Positions 34,552 to 37,680 of a DNA stretch of 37,680 bases are shown in pieces. Source of the stretch: Solirubrobacteraceae bacterium (GTDB taxonomy: Bacteria > Actinomycetota > Thermoleophilia > Solirubrobacterales > Solirubrobacteraceae); the NCBI GenBank assembly GCA_035938755.1, contig DASZGO010000084.1:1-37680 (forward strand). Reading direction: 5' to 3'. The position numbers were made by a program, and so were the translations under genes. The notes under the pieces were generated by a model that worked only from the letters and a program-made list of their open reading frames with translations, was not told the origin of the DNA and did no database searches. How positions within the stretch are numbered: position 1 is the stretch's first letter; each line of letters begins with the position of its first letter.

Positions 34552-34576
34552 AAGCCTCAACCTTTACTTGAGGCTT
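34552..34576. promoter_or_regulatory. 25-bp palindrome resembling the actinobacterial FtsR (MerR-type) site upstream of ftsZ
   Basis: AAGCCTCAA-GTAAAGG-TTGAGGCTT on the minus strand, with perfect 9-bp arms. Confidence 0.65.
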
Positions 34577-35429
34577 ATCCACCGCTCTGCGTGCCTCCAC
34601 TGCCGGCGCCGGTCCCGGTCCCGCCTGCGTTCGCCGTGGCCACCGCCGCCGCCCCGGCCCCGGCCGCCGGTCGACGGGGATCGGTCACGTCGATGTACGC
34701 GGCGCCCGCCGACCCGGAGTCGGAGAGCACGGCGATGGCCGCGGACCACTTCTGCGTCAGGTCGCTCGAATCCCCCAGGTACACCTGCGGCCCCGCCCGC
34801 AGCTGGGCCACCAGCCCGTGCGGCGCCGCGGTCTGTATCTGACTGATCCTGGACAGCAGCTGATAGGGCGCCGCGGCCAGCGCGGCCACCGCGGCCAGCG
34901 CCCCCTGATCGGTCAGCCGTGGTCCGCCCGGGGGCACGCTGAGGGCGATCGTGGGCAGGGAGGGTGCCGACTGAACGTCGCGCAGGAGCGTGCCGTCGGA
35001 GGCCACGGCGATCGTCCGCCCGGGCAGCTGAATGACGGCTACAGGAAGCTGCTCGATGACCTGGATCCGCATCCCATGGGGAAACCCGGTCGAGACCTGG
35101 AGCGTCTTGACCGCTGGATAGGGCGAGACGGCGGTGCGCAGCTGGGCCATATCGACGTCCAGCGTCGTCATGTTCCGGGCAGCGGTCACGAGCGCCGAGC
35201 GGATCGCCGCCGCATCCGGGCCGCTTTGGCCGGTCACCGTGACGGTCTTCACCGACACGAACGACGAGTCCCGAAACCAGAACCAGCCCCCTCCCAGCAG
35301 GACACCCAGCGCCACCAGCCCAACGGCCACCAGCCGCAGACGGCGGGCCGAGCGCAGGGGGCGGGCGAGGCGCGGGGGGCGGGCGAGGCGCCGGGGGCGG
35401 GCGAGGCGCCTCCCATACCACAGCCTCAC
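34575..35429 (-). CDS. ftsQ: Cell division protein FtsQ/DivIB
   Basis: Basic N-tail, one TM helix, POTRA-like region (VKTVTVTG...FPHGMRIQVIE.LPVA), C-terminal YIDVTDPRRP. Located between murB and ftsZ. Confidence 0.88.
   Translation of the reverse strand: MRLWYGRRLARPRRLARPPRLARPLRSARRLRLVAVGLVALGVLLGGGWFWFRDSSFVSVKTVTVTGQSGPDAAAIRSALVTAARNMTTLDVDMAQLRTAVSPYPAVKTLQVSTGFPHGMRIQVIEQLPVAVIQLPGRTIAVASDGTLLRDVQSAPSLPTIALSVPPGGPRLTDQGALAAVAALAAAPYQLLSRISQIQTAAPHGLVAQLRAGPQVYLGDSSDLTQKWSAAIAVLSDSGSAGAAYIDVTDPRRPAAGAGAAAVATANAGGTGTGAGSGGTQSGG
35357..35410 (+). repeat. 3 x 18-bp tandem repeat in the ftsQ 5' end
   Basis: GGGGGCGGGCGAGGCGC(G/C) three times; encodes RRLARP-RRLARP-PRLARP. Confidence 0.9.
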
Positions 35430-36343
35430 TGGGGACTCCGATCGCCCGGCAGCTCCACCGTACCCAGTACCTGAACCTCGGGCTCGAGCTCGACGCCGAA
35501 GCGCTCCTTCACCCGGCGCCGTCCTTCCGCGATCAAGGCCACCACGTCGGCGGTGCTGGCCTCCCCGTGGTTGACGATGAAGTTCGCGTGCTTGGCCGAG
35601 AAGCTTGCCCCGCCGATCCGCAGGCCCCGCAGGCCCGCCGCCTCGAGCAGCTGTCCCGCCGTCCGGCCCTCGGCCCGAGGGTCGCTCGGGTTCTTGAACG
35701 TGGAGCCGAACGTCTTGATGCCTCCGGGCTGGGCGGCCTTGCGTCGGGCCCGCATGTCGGCCAGCGTCTGCTTGACCTGGCTGGGCTCGGCGGGCGCCAG
35801 CGCGAACGACCCCTGCGCCACCACCTCACCTTCGCCGAGCGAGGAGCGGCGATACTCGAAGCCCAGATCGGCCGGCCTGCGGCGCTCGGTGCCCCGCGCG
35901 CTCACCACATCGACCCACTCGAGCACCCGGGCCAGCTCTCCGCCGTAGGCGTTGGCGTTCATCCGCACCGCCCCCCCGACGGTCCCGGGGATGTTGACGC
36001 CGAACTCGATCCCGGTCAGGCCGGCCTGAGCCGCCCGGGCCGAGACCGTGGGCAACCGCGCGCCGCCGCCGCAGCGAATGCGGCTGCCCTCGAGCTCGAT
36101 CTGGCTCAGCTTGCGATCCAGTTTCAAGACCAGTCCGTCCACGCCGGCATCTGCTATCAGGAGGTTCGACCCCGAGCCCACGACCCCTACCTTCACCCCC
36201 TCGGCGCCCGCCCAGGCCAGAAGTTCCTCCAACTCCTCGATCGAGCCCGGACGGGCGAACAGCTCGGCTCGGCCACCGGTGCGAATCGTGGTCAGACGGG
36301 CGAGGTTGAAGTCTGGCTGGACACCAGGCGGGGGGTCGGCCAC
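35426..36343 (-). CDS. murB: UDP-N-acetylmuramate dehydrogenase
   Basis: TTIRTGG.A, GSGSNLL, IPGTVGGAVRMNANAYG, FGSTFKNP, KHANFIVN, LEPEV. The likely start is GTG 36343, 6 nt after TACTCT. Confidence 0.95.
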   Translation of the reverse strand: MADPPPGVQPDFNLARLTTIRTGGRAELFARPGSIEELEELLAWAGAEGVKVGVVGSGSNLLIADAGVDGLVLKLDRKLSQIELEGSRIRCGGGARLPTVSARAAQAGLTGIEFGVNIPGTVGGAVRMNANAYGGELARVLEWVDVVSARGTERRRPADLGFEYRRSSLGEGEVVAQGSFALAPAEPSQVKQTLADMRARRKAAQPGGIKTFGSTFKNPSDPRAEGRTAGQLLEAAGLRGLRIGGASFSAKHANFIVNHGEASTADVVALIAEGRRRVKERFGVELEPEVQVLGTVELPGDRSPQ

Positions 36344-36393
36344 TCGGCCAGAGTAGACACGGGGGCGGCTAGTCAGACCGGGGCGATCGGCGC

Positions 36394-37680
36394 TCAGTCC
36401 ACCAGCGACCGGGCCAGCGCGTCGATGTTTCCCGCGCCCATCAGCAGACACAGATCGCCAGGGCGGCGGGCGCCAGTCAAAAACTGGCGCGCGTCGTCAA
36501 ACCCGGGCACCCAGGCCACGGGGCGCCCGCCGGCGGCGTCGGCGGCTGCGGCGGCCACCAACCGTCCATCCACGCCGGGAAAGTCCTCCGGTCGCTCGCG
36601 GGCCGGGTACACGTCGAGCACCGCCACCACGTCGGCCGCGGCCAGCGCCCGGCCGAAAGCCTGGTACAGCGCACCCGTACGCGAGTACAGGTGGGGCTGG
36701 AATACGGCCACCAGCCGCCGGGGCGCGAGGGTCCGCGCTGCGGCGAGAGCGGTGGCGACCTCGGTGGGGTGGTGAGCGTAGTCGTCGTAGACCGCGCCGC
36801 CGCCCGGCGCCTCCCCCACCCGCTCGAACCTCCGGCGCGCTCCGGCAAAGTCCCGGAGCCCAGCCGCCGCCTGCTCAGGGTCGGCTCCGGCCAGGGCGGC
36901 TGCGGTCAGCGCCCCCGCGGCGTTGATCGCGTTGTGGGCTCCCGGAACGCTGAGCTCGACCTCTGTCCCCCGCCAGGCAAACCGGGACCCGCCGGCAAAC
37001 AAGACGGGTTCGGGGGCGTCGTAGACGATCGCCTGAGCCGGGGCCAGGCCGCGCACCGCCGGCCGGTCCCAGACCACGGCTTGCTCCGCCCGAGACAGGA
37101 AGGCGCGAAACGTGTCCTCCAACTCCAGGCGCGAGGAGTAGGTCGCGTGGTGATCGAGCTCGGCGTTGGTCAGCACCGCGATCTGCGGGTCGAGCTTGAG
37201 CAACGAGCGGTCGGACTCGTCGGCCTCCACCACCATCCACTCGCCGACACCCCATCCCGCCCCGGCGCCGGTGGAGCGTAGTTCGCCCCCCAACGCGTAC
37301 GGGGGGTCCAGGCCACAAGCCCGCAGCACGTGGACGATCATCGCCGCGGTGGTGGTCTTGCCGTGGCTGCCGGTCACCGCGATGCACCGGCGTAGCGCGG
37401 CGATCTGGGCCAGCAGCTCGGCCCGGTGGAGCTCGCGGCCAGCGCCTGCCTGGCGCTCGGGGTTGTCGGGACCCACCGCCGTTGAGTAGACGATCTCGGC
37501 CCCCGCGGGGACGTTTTCCGCCGCGTGGCCGATCACCGGCTCGATGCCGCGTTCGCGCAGCCGCTCGGTGTAAGAAGACTCGGCCCGGTCGGATCCCGTG
37601 ACCGAGGCCCCCAACGCCTGGGCGATGATCGCCAGGCCGCTCATGCCGGCTCCGCCGATGCCCACGAAGTGGAGCCTCCG
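36394..37680 (-). CDS. murC: UDP-N-acetylmuramate--L-alanine ligase, 5' end beyond the right edge
   Basis: RRLHFVGIGGAGMSG, VTGSHGKTTT, EADESD, DDYAHHPTE, FQPHLYSRT, MGAGNI. The frame is open to position 37680. Confidence 0.96.
   Translation of the reverse strand, partial: RRLHFVGIGGAGMSGLAIIAQALGASVTGSDRAESSYTERLRERGIEPVIGHAAENVPAGAEIVYSTAVGPDNPERQAGAGRELHRAELLAQIAALRRCIAVTGSHGKTTTAAMIVHVLRACGLDPPYALGGELRSTGAGAGWGVGEWMVVEADESDRSLLKLDPQIAVLTNAELDHHATYSSRLELEDTFRAFLSRAEQAVVWDRPAVRGLAPAQAIVYDAPEPVLFAGGSRFAWRGTEVELSVPGAHNAINAAGALTAAALAGADPEQAAAGLRDFAGARRRFERVGEAPGGGAVYDDYAHHPTEVATALAAARTLAPRRLVAVFQPHLYSRTGALYQAFGRALAAADVVAVLDVYPARERPEDFPGVDGRLVAAAAADAAGGRPVAWVPGFDDARQFLTGARRPGDLCLLMGAGNIDALARSLVD

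Noticed and set aside
1-37680. Prophage, insertion sequence, integrase, defence system, tRNA or rRNA genes
   Set aside because: No such motifs, terminal repeats or compositional islands were recognised. Nearly all sequence is explained by housekeeping or envelope genes.

Overview
Very GC-rich, densely coding chromosomal segment, mostly minus strand. The gene content suggests Actinomycetota, probably Thermoleophilia/Solirubrobacterales (inference from ftsQ-ftsZ without ftsA, split gcvPA/gcvPB, AroH-type chorismate mutase, type I DAHP synthases and MptA/MptB-like mannosyltransferases). From right to left: end of the dcw cluster (murC, murB, ftsQ, ftsZ); a secreted PKD-domain protein and a secreted GH2 hydrolase; gcvT-gcvH-gcvPA-gcvPB; a membrane GAF-GGDEF-HD-GYP protein; M20 peptidase, rhomboid, trpS, scpA, scpB; TetR with a paired acyl-CoA dehydrogenase; rlmN and rluB; four membrane (GT-C-like) glycosyltransferases; aroH-hisC; and an aromatic amino acid operon (two different DAHP synthases, tyrA, aroA, cmk). 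No mobile element, CRISPR, rRNA or tRNA was seen. The most notable unannotated feature is a candidate leaderless 23-aa leader peptide (MSKGSRTAQDTAPRGCLYCWRFS, 4903-4974, minus). It lies directly under a well-spaced sigma70-type promoter and ends in clustered Tyr/Trp/Phe codons just upstream of the tandem DAHP synthases, which suggests an attenuator sensing all three aromatic amino acids. Other points: a recurring sigma28/FliA-WhiG-like promoter motif, FtsR-like palindromes upstream of ftsZ, an apparent gene-conversion tract between two mannosyltransferase paralogs, and frequent leaderless gene starts.
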